NCBI GenBank assembly: GCA_949288955.1
Contig: CASEMS010000002.1
Coordinates: 6,490 to 70,489, forward strand
Length of the DNA stretch: 64,000 bases
From: an uncultured Lentisphaeraceae bacterium
GTDB taxonomy: Bacteria > Verrucomicrobiota > Kiritimatiellia > RFP12 > DVOR01
Direction of reading: 5' to 3'
The translations under genes were made by a program, and so were the position numbers. Under the pieces are notes generated by a model. The model was not told where the DNA came from. It saw nothing but the letters and a program-made list of their open reading frames with translations, and ran no database searches. Shown here piece after piece: positions 36,584 to 47,110 of the stretch. Within the stretch, counting starts at the first letter, position 1, and each line of letters begins with the position of its first letter.

Positions 36584-37462
36584 TCAGAGAAGGAGAAGGG
36601 AGAGGGCCATGATGGCCATGCCGGCGACGAGGCCGTAGAGGGAGTCGTGCCCCTTGCCGTAGGCGCGGGAGGCGGGGAGCAGCTCGTCGAGGCTGATGAA
36701 GACCATGATGCCGGCGACGGCCCCGGAGACGAGCCCCAGCAGGAGCGGGGGCGGCTCGAAGAAGAGCGCGCCGTTGGCGACGGCCAAGACGGCCCAGAGC
36801 GCCAACGCGCCGATGGGCTCGGCGAAGCCCGCCAGGCAGCTCCACACGAAGGCGCGGCGGCGGTTGCCGGTGGCGTAGTAGATGGGGACGGAGACGGAGA
36901 TGCCCTCGGGGATGTTGTGGAGGGCGATGGCGAAGGCGATGACCACGCCCAGGTGCGGATCGACCAACGCGGCGAGGAAAGTGGAGAGGCCTTCGGGGAA
37001 GTTGTGGATGGTGATGGCCAACGCGGTGAAGGCGCCCATGCGCAGGAGGTTGCGGCGGGTCTGGCGGGTCTTGCGCCGGAAGGCGCGGCGCTCGGCGGGG
37101 GAGGCATCCGCGTCGGGGGCGCGCAACTCGGCGTAGTCCTGCCGGGAGTGGGTCTCGTGGGGGTTCTCGGCGTCGGGCACGAGGCGGTCGATGAGGAAGA
37201 TGAGCGCGATGCCCGCGAAGAAACCCAGCGTGCCGAGCGCGGAGGCGGGGCGCTCGGCGAAGCCCGCCTCCGCCACCTGCCGGAAGGCCTCGGGGAGGAT
37301 CTCCATGAAGGAGACATAGAGCATCACGCCCGCGGAGAGCCCCGTGCAGACGGAGAGGAAGCGCGTGTTCGTGCGCGGCGCGAAGAAGGCGATGGCCGCC
37401 CCCACGCCGGTGGAGAGGCCCGCCAACAGGGTGAGGGCGAAGGCGACGAGGAACGGCGTCAT
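36584..37462 (-). CDS. zupT: ZIP-family zinc transporter
   Basis: [36 protein letters not shown]. Confidence 0.92.
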   Translation of the reverse strand: MTPFLVAFALTLLAGLSTGVGAAIAFFAPRTNTRFLSVCTGLSAGVMLYVSFMEILPEAFRQVAEAGFAERPASALGTLGFFAGIALIFLIDRLVPDAENPHETHSRQDYAELRAPDADASPAERRAFRRKTRQTRRNLLRMGAFTALAITIHNFPEGLSTFLAALVDPHLGVVIAFAIALHNIPEGISVSVPIYYATGNRRRAFVWSCLAGFAEPIGALALWAVLAVANGALFFEPPPLLLGLVSGAVAGIMVFISLDELLPASRAYGKGHDSLYGLVAGMAIMALSLLLL

Positions 37463-37470
37463 GGGCGCGT

Positions 37471-39237
37471 TCAGGCGTTGACCGCCGCGTCGACCTTGGC
37501 GATGAGATCCTCCACGGAGATGCGCTCCTGGGCCATCGTGTCGCGGTCACGGAGGGTGACGGTGCCGTCCTTCTCCAGCGTGTCGAAGTCGACCGTGACG
37601 CAGAAGGGCGTGCCGATCTCGTCCTGACGGCGGTAGCGGCGGCCGATGGCGCCGGTCTCGTCCCAGAAGCAGTTCCAGCGCTTCCGCAGGCGGAGGTAGA
37701 TGTCGCGGGCGAGGGCGCGGAGCTCGGGGCGGTTCTTGACGAGCGGGAAGACGGCGACCTTCACGGGGGCGATGGCGGGGGCCAGGTGGAGCACGGTGCG
37801 GACGTCGGCCTTGCCCTTCTCGTCCACCAGGTGCTGCTCCTCGTAGGCGTTGCAGAGCATCGCCAGGGCCATGCGGTCGACGCCGGCGGAGGGCTCGATG
37901 ACGTGGGGGATGTACTTGCCCTCGAAGAGGCGGTCGAGGAAGGCGTTGGCGGCCTCGGCGGTCTTGCCGCGCCCCTGCCACTCGGCGACGACCTTGGCGC
38001 GGAAGGCGGCCTTCGCCTCCTCGGAGAGTTGCTTGACGGCGAGTTTGAGCGGCTCGTCGAAGACCTCCATGCTCTTGCCGGAGTGCTCCTGGTGGCGCGA
38101 GAGGTCAAAGTCGGAGCGGGCGGCGATGCCCTCCAGCTCCTGCGTGCCGAAGGGGAAGCGATACTCGATGTCCACGCAGGCGCGGGCATAGTGCGCCAGC
38201 TCGTCGGGCTGCTGCCAGTATTCCACGAAGGAGTCCTGCGGCAGGCCGTTGGCCACCAGCCACTGCTTGCGCTGCTCCACCCAATACTTGTGCCAACAGG
38301 CCCAGCCCCAGTCGGGCCGCGGCTCGGAGAGGTCGGTCTCCGGCGTGAGCGGCGCCACGTGGCCGCACAGCAGCTCCACCGCCTCGTCGGGCTTGATGAA
38401 GAACTCCAGCTCCATCTGCTCGAACTCGCGCGAGCGGAAGATGTAGTTGCGGGGGGTGACCTCGTTGCGGAAGGACTTGCCCACCTGCCCGATGCCGAAG
38501 GGCGGCGCCTGGCGGCTGGCGACCATCACGTTGGCGAAGTCCGCGAAGATGGCCTGCGCCGTCTCGGGGCGGAGGTAGGCCACGTTGTCGGGGTCGTCGA
38601 CGGGGCCGACGACGGTCTTGAACATCAGGTTGAAGGGGCGCGGCTCGGTCATCACGCCGCCGCAGTTCGGGCAGGGGAGGATCTCGCCCTCCGCCTCCGG
38701 GGGGGTGGCCAACAGGAGGAAGAGCGCCCGCACGTCCGCCACCGTCTTGAGGGCCTCGAAGATGGTTTCCAGATGCTCGGGGTGCTGCACGGTGTAGAGC
38801 CCCGGGGCGATGCCCTTGCCTTTGCCCTTGCACCAATTCGCCACCGCCCCGGCGTCCCCCACCAACGGGGCGAGGGCGGCCTTGATGGCGGAGTCCTCGA
38901 AGAGCTCCCACACCTGGTCGGAGCGCATCAGCTTGCGGCAGTTGCCCTTGCACATGCTCATGGGGTCGGAGAAGGTCTCAAGGTGGCCGGAAGCCTTCCA
39001 GATGGCCGGGTGCATGATGATGGAGGCGTCGAGGCCCTCCACGTCCTCGCGGTCGCGCACCATGAAGCGCCACCACCGCTCCTTGATGTTGCGCTTCAGC
39101 TCACACCCCAGCGGGCCGTAATCCCAGAACCCGGCGAACCCGCCGTAGACCTCCGAGCTTTGGAAGATGAACCCACGCCGCTTGCACAGCGAGACCAACG
39201 CATCCAACGAACTCTTCGGCGCTTCCTTCTTGTCCAT
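37471..39237 (-). CDS. glyQS: Glycine--tRNA ligase, homodimeric type
   Basis: [56 protein letters not shown]. Confidence 0.95.
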   Translation of the reverse strand: MDKKEAPKSSLDALVSLCKRRGFIFQSSEVYGGFAGFWDYGPLGCELKRNIKERWWRFMVRDREDVEGLDASIIMHPAIWKASGHLETFSDPMSMCKGNCRKLMRSDQVWELFEDSAIKAALAPLVGDAGAVANWCKGKGKGIAPGLYTVQHPEHLETIFEALKTVADVRALFLLLATPPEAEGEILPCPNCGGVMTEPRPFNLMFKTVVGPVDDPDNVAYLRPETAQAIFADFANVMVASRQAPPFGIGQVGKSFRNEVTPRNYIFRSREFEQMELEFFIKPDEAVELLCGHVAPLTPETDLSEPRPDWGWACWHKYWVEQRKQWLVANGLPQDSFVEYWQQPDELAHYARACVDIEYRFPFGTQELEGIAARSDFDLSRHQEHSGKSMEVFDEPLKLAVKQLSEEAKAAFRAKVVAEWQGRGKTAEAANAFLDRLFEGKYIPHVIEPSAGVDRMALAMLCNAYEEQHLVDEKGKADVRTVLHLAPAIAPVKVAVFPLVKNRPELRALARDIYLRLRKRWNCFWDETGAIGRRYRRQDEIGTPFCVTVDFDTLEKDGTVTLRDRDTMAQERISVEDLIAKVDAAVNA

Positions 39238-39308
39238 GTCGCATTCCTTGTGAAAGTCGAAACGCGCATAGTATAGCACACGCCCCACGCCCTGACAGAC
39301 CCGGGCGG

Positions 39309-39440
39309 GCGAGTCCGGGGAGGTTCGGCGGCTCACCCAAGGAGGATCAGCCGCTGAGCCGAGGTGGATCAGCCGCTGAGTCAAAGTGGATCGGCCGCCG
39401 AGCCGAGGTGGATCAGCCGCTGAATCAAAGTGGATCGGCC
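39309..39440 (+). repeat. 22-bp GATC tandem array (5 units plus 1 degenerate)
   Basis: Units at 39331, 39353, 39375, 39397 and 39419, e.g. GCTGAGCCGAGGTGGATCAGCC. Confidence 0.9.
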
Positions 39441-39544
39441 CCCGGCCGTCCGGGAGGGCGCGGGGCCTGCGGGTCCGGCCGGTTCCGACCGGGGTGCGCC
39501 GCCCATCTTCCGGCGCGCGAAAAAACGTGCTATAATGCGGAGGC

Positions 39545-40561
39545 ATGAGCACGGTGAGGCCATCGGATGAGATGAACCAACGGAACGCGTCCTTCGACAA
39601 TCGGCTGAGGCCGACGCGTTTCGCGGACTTTGTCGGCCAGCAAAAGGTGCGCGACCGCCTGATGTTGGCGGTGGAGGCCGCGTTGGGGCGCGGGGAGCAG
39701 CTCGACCACGTGCTCCTCTCCGGGCCGCCCGGGCTGGGCAAGACGACCCTCGCCTACATCCTGGGCGAGGCGATGGGCGTGCACGTGAAGGCCACGAGCG
39801 GCCCCGTCATCGACAAGCCCGCGGACCTGGCCGGCCTGCTGACCTCCTTGGAGCCCGGCGACATCGTCTTCATCGATGAGATCCACCGGATGCAGCGCAC
39901 GGTGGAGGAATATCTCTACTCGGCGATGGAGGACTTCGTCATCGACATCATGATCGACCAAGGGCCGAACGCGCGGAGCGTGCGCCTGGAGCTGCCGCGC
40001 TTCACGTTGGTGGGGGCGACGACGCGCATCGGCCTGATTTCCGCCCCCCTCCGTTCGCGCTTCGGCCTCCAAAACCGGCTGGATTACTACGCGCACGAGG
40101 AGCTGGCCGGCATCGTCACGAACAACGCCGCGAAGCTGGGCGTGGAGATCGACGCGCGGGGCGCGGCGGAGATCGCCGCGCGCAGCCGCGGCACCCCGCG
40201 CATCGCCAACAACCTCCTCCGCCGCGTGCGCGACTACGCCCAGGTGCGCGCGGGCAACCGCATCACCGGCGAGGTGGCCGACCAGGCCCTGGCACTCTTG
40301 GAGATCGACCCGCAGGGGTTGGACGAGATGGACATCCGCATCCTCGAAGCCATCGTGGCGAAGTTCGGCGGCGGCCCCGTGGGCGTGGGCACCATCGCCG
40401 TCGCCGTCGGCGAGGAGCCCGACACCGTCGAGGAGGTCTACGAGCCCTACCTCATCCAAGAAGGCTACATCGACCGCACGCCCAAGGGGCGCATCGCGTT
40501 GCCCAAAGCCTATGACCGCCTGGGGCTGAAGCCCGCGGCACGGCAGGACACACTCTTCTGA
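39545..40561 (+). CDS. ruvB: Holliday junction branch-migration ATPase
   Basis: [50 protein letters not shown]. Confidence 0.97.
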   Translation: MSTVRPSDEMNQRNASFDNRLRPTRFADFVGQQKVRDRLMLAVEAALGRGEQLDHVLLSGPPGLGKTTLAYILGEAMGVHVKATSGPVIDKPADLAGLLTSLEPGDIVFIDEIHRMQRTVEEYLYSAMEDFVIDIMIDQGPNARSVRLELPRFTLVGATTRIGLISAPLRSRFGLQNRLDYYAHEELAGIVTNNAAKLGVEIDARGAAEIAARSRGTPRIANNLLRRVRDYAQVRAGNRITGEVADQALALLEIDPQGLDEMDIRILEAIVAKFGGGPVGVGTIAVAVGEEPDTVEEVYEPYLIQEGYIDRTPKGRIALPKAYDRLGLKPAARQDTLF

Positions 40562-40571
40562 CGAGGCACGC

Positions 40572-41225
40572 ATGGCGGTCAACCTCTCCCATCCCCCCGA
40601 GCGGCCCGTGCGCGTCAAGCGCACCGAGCGCGTCCGCGGCCTGCGTTGGCGGAGCCAAGAGGAGCGGCGCGACGCCAAGCGGAAGATCGACGCCATCCGC
40701 CGCGACGCGGAGCGCCAACGCATCGAGGCCCTGCGCATCGACGTGCGCGCCTTCCACTCCCCCAAGGTGCTCCTGCTGATACTCGGCCTGATGGTGGTGG
40801 TCGGCGGCCTCCTCGCCCTCGTGGCGGGCAAACCGAAGCCCGAGCGGCCCGACGTGACGCCGCTCAACCAGACCCGCGCCCGCCGGAGCGTCAAGACCAT
40901 CGCCCTGGCGATGACCCTCCATCGCGTCCACACCGGCGCCTGGCCGCAACAGCGGCTGGGGCTCTTCGCCCTCGCCAAGGACTACGGCACGCCCGGCTGG
41001 AAGGGGCCCTACATCAACTGGGCCTACAAAGACCCCTGGGGCACGCACTACGTCTATCGGATGCCCGTCTCGCCCTTCGAGGCCCCCACCCTCTTTTCCT
41101 GCGGCCCCGACAAACTGCCCGACACCAACGACGACATCCGCGCCGTCCCCGAGGACTTCGTCTGCAAGGAGGGCGATTGGAGGCGGGCACCGACCGACGA
41201 CACCAAGGAGACACCGACGCCATGA
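40572..41225 (+). CDS. GspG-like pseudopilin-domain protein
   Basis: One TM, then WKGPY...DPWG..YVY...LFSCGPD GspG C-terminal signature. Confidence 0.75.
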   Translation: MAVNLSHPPERPVRVKRTERVRGLRWRSQEERRDAKRKIDAIRRDAERQRIEALRIDVRAFHSPKVLLLILGLMVVVGGLLALVAGKPKPERPDVTPLNQTRARRSVKTIALAMTLHRVHTGAWPQQRLGLFALAKDYGTPGWKGPYINWAYKDPWGTHYVYRMPVSPFEAPTLFSCGPDKLPDTNDDIRAVPEDFVCKEGDWRRAPTDDTKETPTP

Positions 41226-44200
41226 ACCTCGTGAAGCGACTGTTGGCCAATCCCTACCTCTGGGGCGCGATCGCCCTCGCCACCCTGCTCCTCGGCCTCA
41301 CGCCCTGGGTCTACCCCGGCGAGGCGGCGACGCAAATGGCCCAATGGCTCGGCGTGTGGGAGACCGGCGCGGGCAACGCGCACCCGATGGCGCAGGGAGT
41401 CTTCCTCGGCATCGCGTGGATCGCCCCCTCGGTCGCGGCCTTCAACGTGGCCAACGCCCTCTTCGCGGCCCTCTGCGTGCTCTGCCTCTGCGCGCTCGTC
41501 CGTTGGCTGATCGTCCTGTTGACCCCCGAGCCCCGCACCGCGGCGCACCGGCTGACGGCCATCGCCGTCGGCGTGCCGCTGGCCGCGTTCGCGCTTCTCC
41601 TTTCCCCCGACTTCCTGCGCGCGGGCACGCACTTCCAATGGCAGCCCCTCGACCTCGCGCTGACCCTCGCCACGGCCGTCCACATCTGCGGGACGGCCTA
41701 CAACGGCCACCATCGGCGGATGTTCGTCGCGGCCTTCGCCATCGGCGTCATCGCCCTCTGCTCGCCGTGGCAGTTGCTGTTGGCGCCCCTCCTGACGGTC
41801 GCGCTGGGGCTGGGCTACTTCGCGGCGCACGACCGCGTGCGCATCCGCCCCTTCGTCACCTGCCTCCTCATCCCCCTGTTCCTGGGCATGGCGGTGGTGT
41901 CAGGCAGCGCGGTCTGCTTCGCGCTTGGCGCCGGCGCGTCGAGCGCCACCGGCGCGCTCAAGGTCTTTGTCCTCACGCAGGCGATCGGCACGCTCGAAGC
42001 GTTGCGCGGGCCGTGGCTGCTGATGGCGCTCTTCGGCGTCCTGCCGGGGCTTCTGGCGCCCTTCGTCCTCGGCGCGGTGGGCGCCAACCGCCGCACGCTG
42101 GCCGTGGTGGGCACCTACCTTTCGATGGCCGTGCTGGCGGCGGTAACCTTCCTGCCCCTCTCCGTCTCGCCGACGGCCCTCGCCGCCGAGTGGGGCGAGG
42201 CCTATCCCCTGCTCGCCGCCGCGCTCGTGGCCCTGGCCGTGGGCGTGACAGGCGGCGCGGGCGCGCTCCTCATCGCCGTGCGCACGCCCGCCGAGGGCGG
42301 CGCCGAACGCGGCGCGGTGCGCGCCTTGGGCCGCGCCGTGGCGTGGGTGGCCGTCCCCGGCACCGTGGTCTGCCTGGGCGTCGGCGCCTGGGGCGCCATC
42401 CAGGCCGTCCGCGCGGACGCCACCGCCGAGAATCTGCCCCGCGCCTACGCGGATGCCATCCTCGACCGTTGCCCCGAAGGCTGCTACCTCTTGGGCGACG
42501 GCGTGGCAGACCCCTACCTGGCCCTGCGTCTGGCCGAACGGCCCGGCGCCTTCCTGATTTCCCTGGCGGACGATTCCGAGCGCGGCCGAGACCGCATCCG
42601 CGACCATCTGAAGGCCGACCCCTACTTCGCGGACAAGCCGGAATTGCGCGACCGTCTGCGTCTCTCGCTCGACATCGGCCTCATCCCCTTCATCCAAGAC
42701 TGGCTCCGCGCGGACGAGGGCGCGTGCGCCCATTTCGCCACCCTCAGCCTGCCCGACCTCTGGTACACCGGCAACCGCCAACCCTTGCCCGACGGACTCC
42801 TTTACAGGGGCGCGCCGACGCGCGAGGCGCAAAGCGCGGCCCTCACGCCGCCCACCCATGTGGGCGACGTCCTGCCCGCGGCGGACGCCGAGATCCCGGA
42901 GAAAGCCGCCGCCAACGTCCGCGCCTTCGCGGGCTATGCGCGGCGGCAGGTCGGCTTCGTGGCCAACAACGTCGCCTTCTATCTCGCCGCGGACGACAAG
43001 AAGGACGCGGCCTACGACCTCTTCACCCAGGTCTACGCCTACGACCCCGACAACGTCTCCGCCCTCTTCAACATCTTCGAGCTCGTCAACGGCGGCCTCC
43101 ACCCCGAGAAGAAGGACTGGTGCGAGCAGGAGATGAACGCCCTCATCAAGCGCCTCGCCGGGCGTCGGATCCGCCTCTGGGCGCTCTCCCGCACCTACGG
43201 CTACATCCGCTCCCCGCAGCTCCTCAGCGCCATCGCCGGCAGCTGGGCCATGAGCGGGCAGACCGGTGCCGCCCTCTCCGGCATGGATCTGGCCATGGAG
43301 ATGCTCGGCGAAGGCCAGCAATCCGCACTCCAAAGCGCCGTCGCCGCCCTCTACGCCATGGCCCCCGGCCGCCGCGGCGAGGCCATCGCCCGCTACAAAG
43401 CCCTCCTCGCCCAATCCACCGACCCCGCCCAAAGCCTGGCCTACATCCGCGAGCTCATCCGCATGACCATCCTGGAGAACGACCTCGACGAGGCCCAAGC
43501 CCTCCTCGAACGCGCCGAGGCCGCCGGCGACCCCACCGCACTCGCCTACGAGCGCGCCCTCGTCCACGCCGCCGCCGGCGACCAAGCCAAGGCGTTGGAG
43601 TCCCTCAACCGTTTCCTCGACCGCTTCCCCAAAAACCTCGAGGCCAACGCCATGCTCGCCACCCTCCAGCTCCAGGCCGGCCAACTCGACGACCTCCGCA
43701 AACACACACGCCCCCGTCTGATCGCCGCCGCCGGCACCGAGGACAGCTACTTCGTCCAGATCATCGACGCCCAACTCGCCGAGCGCGAGGGCAACCTCCA
43801 GCGCGCCCGCGCCTGCTACCTCCGCGCGCTCACCCTCAAGCCCGAGGTCCAGGCCCTCCGCAACACCGTCCTGGCCCTCGACATCCGCCTCAACGACAAG
43901 GCCTCCGCCGCCCGCCACGCCCGCGACTTCCTCTACCAAGACCGCGCCCTCCCCCTCGCCAACTACGTCATGGGCTCCATCGCCCTCAGCGAGGGCGACC
44001 TCGACCGCGCCCTGGGCTACCTCACCTTCGCCACCAGCCCCGACGCCAACCCGCCCCTCCCCGAGGCCTTCAACGACCTCGCCGAGACCCACCGCCGCAT
44101 GGGCGACTGGGCCGCCGCCCTCGCCGCCGCGCAACGCGCCTGCGAACTGGCCCCCAAACTCCCCGTGGCCCACGAAACCGCCGCCGCCGCGCTCCTTGGC

Positions 44201-44464
44201 CTCAAGCGTTACGCCGAGGCCCACGCCGAGCTCGACACCGCCATCGACCTCGACCGCGAGCTCCGCCCCGGCCAACCCACCGACCCCCGCTTCTTCATCA
44301 CCCGCGCGCGCCTCCACGCCGCCGAGGGGCACCCCGACCTCGCGCGCGCCGCGCTCGCCGAGGCCCGCGCGCAATACGATATCCTGGACCCCGGAGCCAA
44401 GGCCGAGTTCGACGCGCTCGACGCGCAGCTCAAGGGAGAGGCGGCCCAAAATGGCGCGCTATGA
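41222..44464 (+). CDS. Polytopic membrane protein with C-terminal TPR repeats; possibly a GT-C (DUF2723/TMEM260-like) glycosyltransferase
   Basis: About 11 hydrophobic segments, then TPR-like helices (DPDNVSALFN, PEAFNDLA); start MNLVKRLL overlaps the upstream stop. Confidence 0.7.
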   Translation: MNLVKRLLANPYLWGAIALATLLLGLTPWVYPGEAATQMAQWLGVWETGAGNAHPMAQGVFLGIAWIAPSVAAFNVANALFAALCVLCLCALVRWLIVLLTPEPRTAAHRLTAIAVGVPLAAFALLLSPDFLRAGTHFQWQPLDLALTLATAVHICGTAYNGHHRRMFVAAFAIGVIALCSPWQLLLAPLLTVALGLGYFAAHDRVRIRPFVTCLLIPLFLGMAVVSGSAVCFALGAGASSATGALKVFVLTQAIGTLEALRGPWLLMALFGVLPGLLAPFVLGAVGANRRTLAVVGTYLSMAVLAAVTFLPLSVSPTALAAEWGEAYPLLAAALVALAVGVTGGAGALLIAVRTPAEGGAERGAVRALGRAVAWVAVPGTVVCLGVGAWGAIQAVRADATAENLPRAYADAILDRCPEGCYLLGDGVADPYLALRLAERPGAFLISLADDSERGRDRIRDHLKADPYFADKPELRDRLRLSLDIGLIPFIQDWLRADEGACAHFATLSLPDLWYTGNRQPLPDGLLYRGAPTREAQSAALTPPTHVGDVLPAADAEIPEKAAANVRAFAGYARRQVGFVANNVAFYLAADDKKDAAYDLFTQVYAYDPDNVSALFNIFELVNGGLHPEKKDWCEQEMNALIKRLAGRRIRLWALSRTYGYIRSPQLLSAIAGSWAMSGQTGAALSGMDLAMEMLGEGQQSALQSAVAALYAMAPGRRGEAIARYKALLAQSTDPAQSLAYIRELIRMTILENDLDEAQALLERAEAAGDPTALAYERALVHAAAGDQAKALESLNRFLDRFPKNLEANAMLATLQLQAGQLDDLRKHTRPRLIAAAGTEDSYFVQIIDAQLAEREGNLQRARACYLRALTLKPEVQALRNTVLALDIRLNDKASAARHARDFLYQDRALPLANYVMGSIALSEGDLDRALGYLTFATSPDANPPLPEAFNDLAETHRRMGDWAAALAAAQRACELAPKLPVAHETAAAALLGLKRYAEAHAELDTAIDLDRELRPGQPTDPRFFITRARLHAAEGHPDLARAALAEARAQYDILDPGAKAEFDALDAQLKGEAAQNGAL

Positions 44465-45806
44465 GCGCCGCAACGCCCTGATCCTCGGGGCGGGCCGAAG
44501 CGGGCGGGCCGCCGCGCGCCTCGCCTTGGAGACCGGCGGGCGCGCCTCCGTCGTCGACGAACGCTGGGCGCCCGACGCCCTCTCCGCCCTCGCCACCGAG
44601 GGCGTCTCCTGCCTCCATGCCGACCGCGCGCGCCTGCCCGACGGCGCCTACGACCTCGCCATCGTCTCCCCCTCCTTCCCGCCCGACCACCCGTGGGTCG
44701 TCGCCGCGCGCGACCGGGGCCTCTCCGTGATCTCCGAGCTGGAGTTCGGCGCCGCGCACTGGCGCGGCGACGCGATCGCCGTAACCGGAAGCAAAGGCAA
44801 AAGCTCCGTGGTCAAGTGCCTGGCCGACGCGCTGTGCGCCGCCGGCCGCCAGGCCGTCCCCGCCGGCAACTACGGCATCCCCCTCTCCGAGCGTGTGCTG
44901 GCCTGCCCCGACCGCGGCGCGGGCGTCATCGCCGTCACCGAGGTCTCCTCCTTCCAGCTAGAGCACACGCGCACCTTCGCGCCCCGCCTCGCCGCCATCC
45001 TCAACCTTCAGGCCGACCATCTCGACCGCCACGGCACCTTCGAGGCCTATGCCCGCCTCAAGCGGCGCATCTTCCAGGCCCAACGCCCCGAGGACGGCAC
45101 CCGCGCCTACCTGCCTTGGGGCCTCTCCCCCCTCGGCATCCGCGCCGACGTTCCCCTCGAACGCTTCGGGCGCGAGGCGTGGGTCGATTGGCGGCACGTC
45201 CCCGGCGCCATCCTCCACAAGGACCTGCGCATCCCCTTCTCCGGCTACTTCGACAACGCCGTCCTAGGCCCTGCCGCCGCCCTCATCGCCGCCATGCTCC
45301 ATGCCTGCGGGCTGACCGAGGGGCAGATCGCCGCCGGTCTCTCCGACTTCCAGCCCCTCCCCCACCGGATGCAGGCCATCGGCGAACGCGGCGGCGTCCG
45401 CTTCATCGACGACTCCAAAGGCACCTCCCTCGCCGCCACCCAGGCCGCCCTCCGCATGGTCGGCCGCAACGTGCGCCTCATCGCGGGCGGCCAGCTCAAG
45501 GAGACCGACCTCGACTTCCTGGACGAGGAGCTCGCCACCTGCGCCCGCAAGGCCTACCTCATCGGCCAGGCGCAGGAAGCCCTCCGCGATGCCTGGGCGG
45601 ACATCCTCCCCTGCCAGTGCTGCGGCGACATGGCCACCGCCGTCCGCGCCGCCTTCGCCGACGCCGCCCCCGGCGACACCATCCTCCTCTCCCCCGGCTG
45701 CGCCAGCTTCGACCAATATCCCGGCATGGCCGCCCGCGGCGACGACTTCCGTGCGCGCTTCCTGGCCCTCCCCACCCCTTCCGACGCCACGCCCCCTGTG
45801 CTATAA
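44451..45806 (+). CDS. murD: UDP-N-acetylmuramoylalanine--D-glutamate ligase
   Basis: ILGAGRSG, AVTGSKGKS, EVSSFQL, DHLDRH, DDSKGT, LLSPGCASFDQY. Confidence 0.95.
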   Translation: MARYERRNALILGAGRSGRAAARLALETGGRASVVDERWAPDALSALATEGVSCLHADRARLPDGAYDLAIVSPSFPPDHPWVVAARDRGLSVISELEFGAAHWRGDAIAVTGSKGKSSVVKCLADALCAAGRQAVPAGNYGIPLSERVLACPDRGAGVIAVTEVSSFQLEHTRTFAPRLAAILNLQADHLDRHGTFEAYARLKRRIFQAQRPEDGTRAYLPWGLSPLGIRADVPLERFGREAWVDWRHVPGAILHKDLRIPFSGYFDNAVLGPAAALIAAMLHACGLTEGQIAAGLSDFQPLPHRMQAIGERGGVRFIDDSKGTSLAATQAALRMVGRNVRLIAGGQLKETDLDFLDEELATCARKAYLIGQAQEALRDAWADILPCQCCGDMATAVRAAFADAAPGDTILLSPGCASFDQYPGMAARGDDFRARFLALPTPSDATPPVL

Positions 45807-45832
45807 TAGCCTTCCCTAACACAGGAGGCCTC

Positions 45833-46702
45833 ATGAGCTGGTTTTGGATCTGCCTCATCGCGTTGGCAGCCCTCGCCGCCCTCGCGGCAGGCACGGCAAA
45901 GACGAAAAACAAGGCGCGTCGGCGGCGCGCCCCCGACGACGGCAAGCGCGCCGCCAAGGGCGCGATCGGCGAGGACGCCATCGTCCGCCTCCTCGAACGC
46001 GCCATCCCAGCCCCCAAACGCATCCTGCGCAACCTCTACCTCCCCAAACCCGACGGCTCGACCACCGAACTCGACGTCGTCATGATCCATGCCGCCGGGC
46101 TCTTCGTCTTCGAGAGCAAGAACTTCTCCGGGTGGGTCTTCGGCCACGCCGACGACCCCCACTGGACCCAATGCCTCCCCGGCCCGCGCGGGGAACCTGC
46201 CCAAAAAGAGCGCTTCTACAACCCCATCCGCCAGAACGACGCCCACCTTCGCCACCTCCGCGGCCTCCTCCCCCCGGACGTCCCCCCGCCCCCGCTCCGC
46301 TCCTTCATCGTCTTCTCCGACGGCTGCGCGCTCAAAGACGTTACACCCTTCGTCCCCGGCCATCTCGTAACCACCCTCGGCCACCTCGCCGCCGCCCTCC
46401 ACGCCACCCTCGCCATCTCCCCCGAGACGCTCCCCCCGCAAGCGATCGACCGCCTCGCCCAAATCCTGGGGCCCTACGCCCACCCCACCGACGCCCAGAA
46501 AGCCGCCCACGTCGCCACCCTCCAGGCGCCGGCCGCCACCCCCACCCAGTGCCCCCGCTGCGGCGCCCCGCTCGTCGCGCGCGTCGCCGCCAAGGGCGAC
46601 CACGCCGGCCAGACCTTCCTCGGCTGCTCCCGCTTCCCCAAATGCCACTACACCCACTTCCCCGACCCGCCGCCCCAAGAGGCCCCAGGCGCCAACGCCT
46701 GA
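45833..46702 (+). CDS. NERD nuclease-domain protein with N-terminal TM and C-terminal topoisomerase-type Zn finger
   Basis: G..GE, TTELD, ESKN.SG, NP..QN; CPRCG...FLGCSRFPKC; SD AGGAGG. Confidence 0.88.
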   Translation: MSWFWICLIALAALAALAAGTAKTKNKARRRRAPDDGKRAAKGAIGEDAIVRLLERAIPAPKRILRNLYLPKPDGSTTELDVVMIHAAGLFVFESKNFSGWVFGHADDPHWTQCLPGPRGEPAQKERFYNPIRQNDAHLRHLRGLLPPDVPPPPLRSFIVFSDGCALKDVTPFVPGHLVTTLGHLAAALHATLAISPETLPPQAIDRLAQILGPYAHPTDAQKAAHVATLQAPAATPTQCPRCGAPLVARVAAKGDHAGQTFLGCSRFPKCHYTHFPDPPPQEAPGANA

Positions 46703-46738
46703 GCGACAGCCGCCGGATGCCCCCCGGGACGGCCGGGT

Positions 46739-46767
46739 TTGACAGGGGCGGCGCGATATGGTATCTT
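46739..46767 (+). promoter_or_regulatory. Near-consensus sigma70 promoter
   Basis: TTGACA-17 nt-TATCTT with extended TG. Confidence 0.75.
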
Positions 46768-46809
46768 GCGCGACATTTCGTATCCGCAACAGAGTTCGGA
46801 GGATTTGCA

Positions 46810-47013
46810 ATGGGAACTGGTCGTACACTCAATAAGAAGCCGGCGACGCGTCCGGTGAAGTCCGCGGGCGAGCGTCGCCGCCGCGACGCGGTGCAGCGCA
46901 AGCGCCTGGTGGCGTTGGGCCTGGATGAGGCCACGGTGGCGAAGCTGAACGCGGTGCAGATCCGCGATTACCTGCGCACGCCGGAGAAGACGCGCGCGGC
47001 GTTCGCGAAGTAA
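46810..47013 (+). CDS. Small basic protein (67 aa)
   Basis: MGTGRTLNKKPATRPVKSAGERRRRD...; SD GGAGG and its own promoter. Confidence 0.8.
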   Translation: MGTGRTLNKKPATRPVKSAGERRRRDAVQRKRLVALGLDEATVAKLNAVQIRDYLRTPEKTRAAFAK

Positions 47014-47110
47014 GCCACGGCGCGCCGGCGAGACGGCGCGCGGCAGAGACCGGGGGCACATCCGCGTGGCGGGTGTGCCTTTGGCATATCAGGGAGCGAG
47101 GAGGCGCGTG

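Noticed and set aside
39309..39440. 22-bp arrays as mini-CRISPR
   Set aside because: The variable part is only ~8 nt and the variants are related to each other, so they are not spacers.
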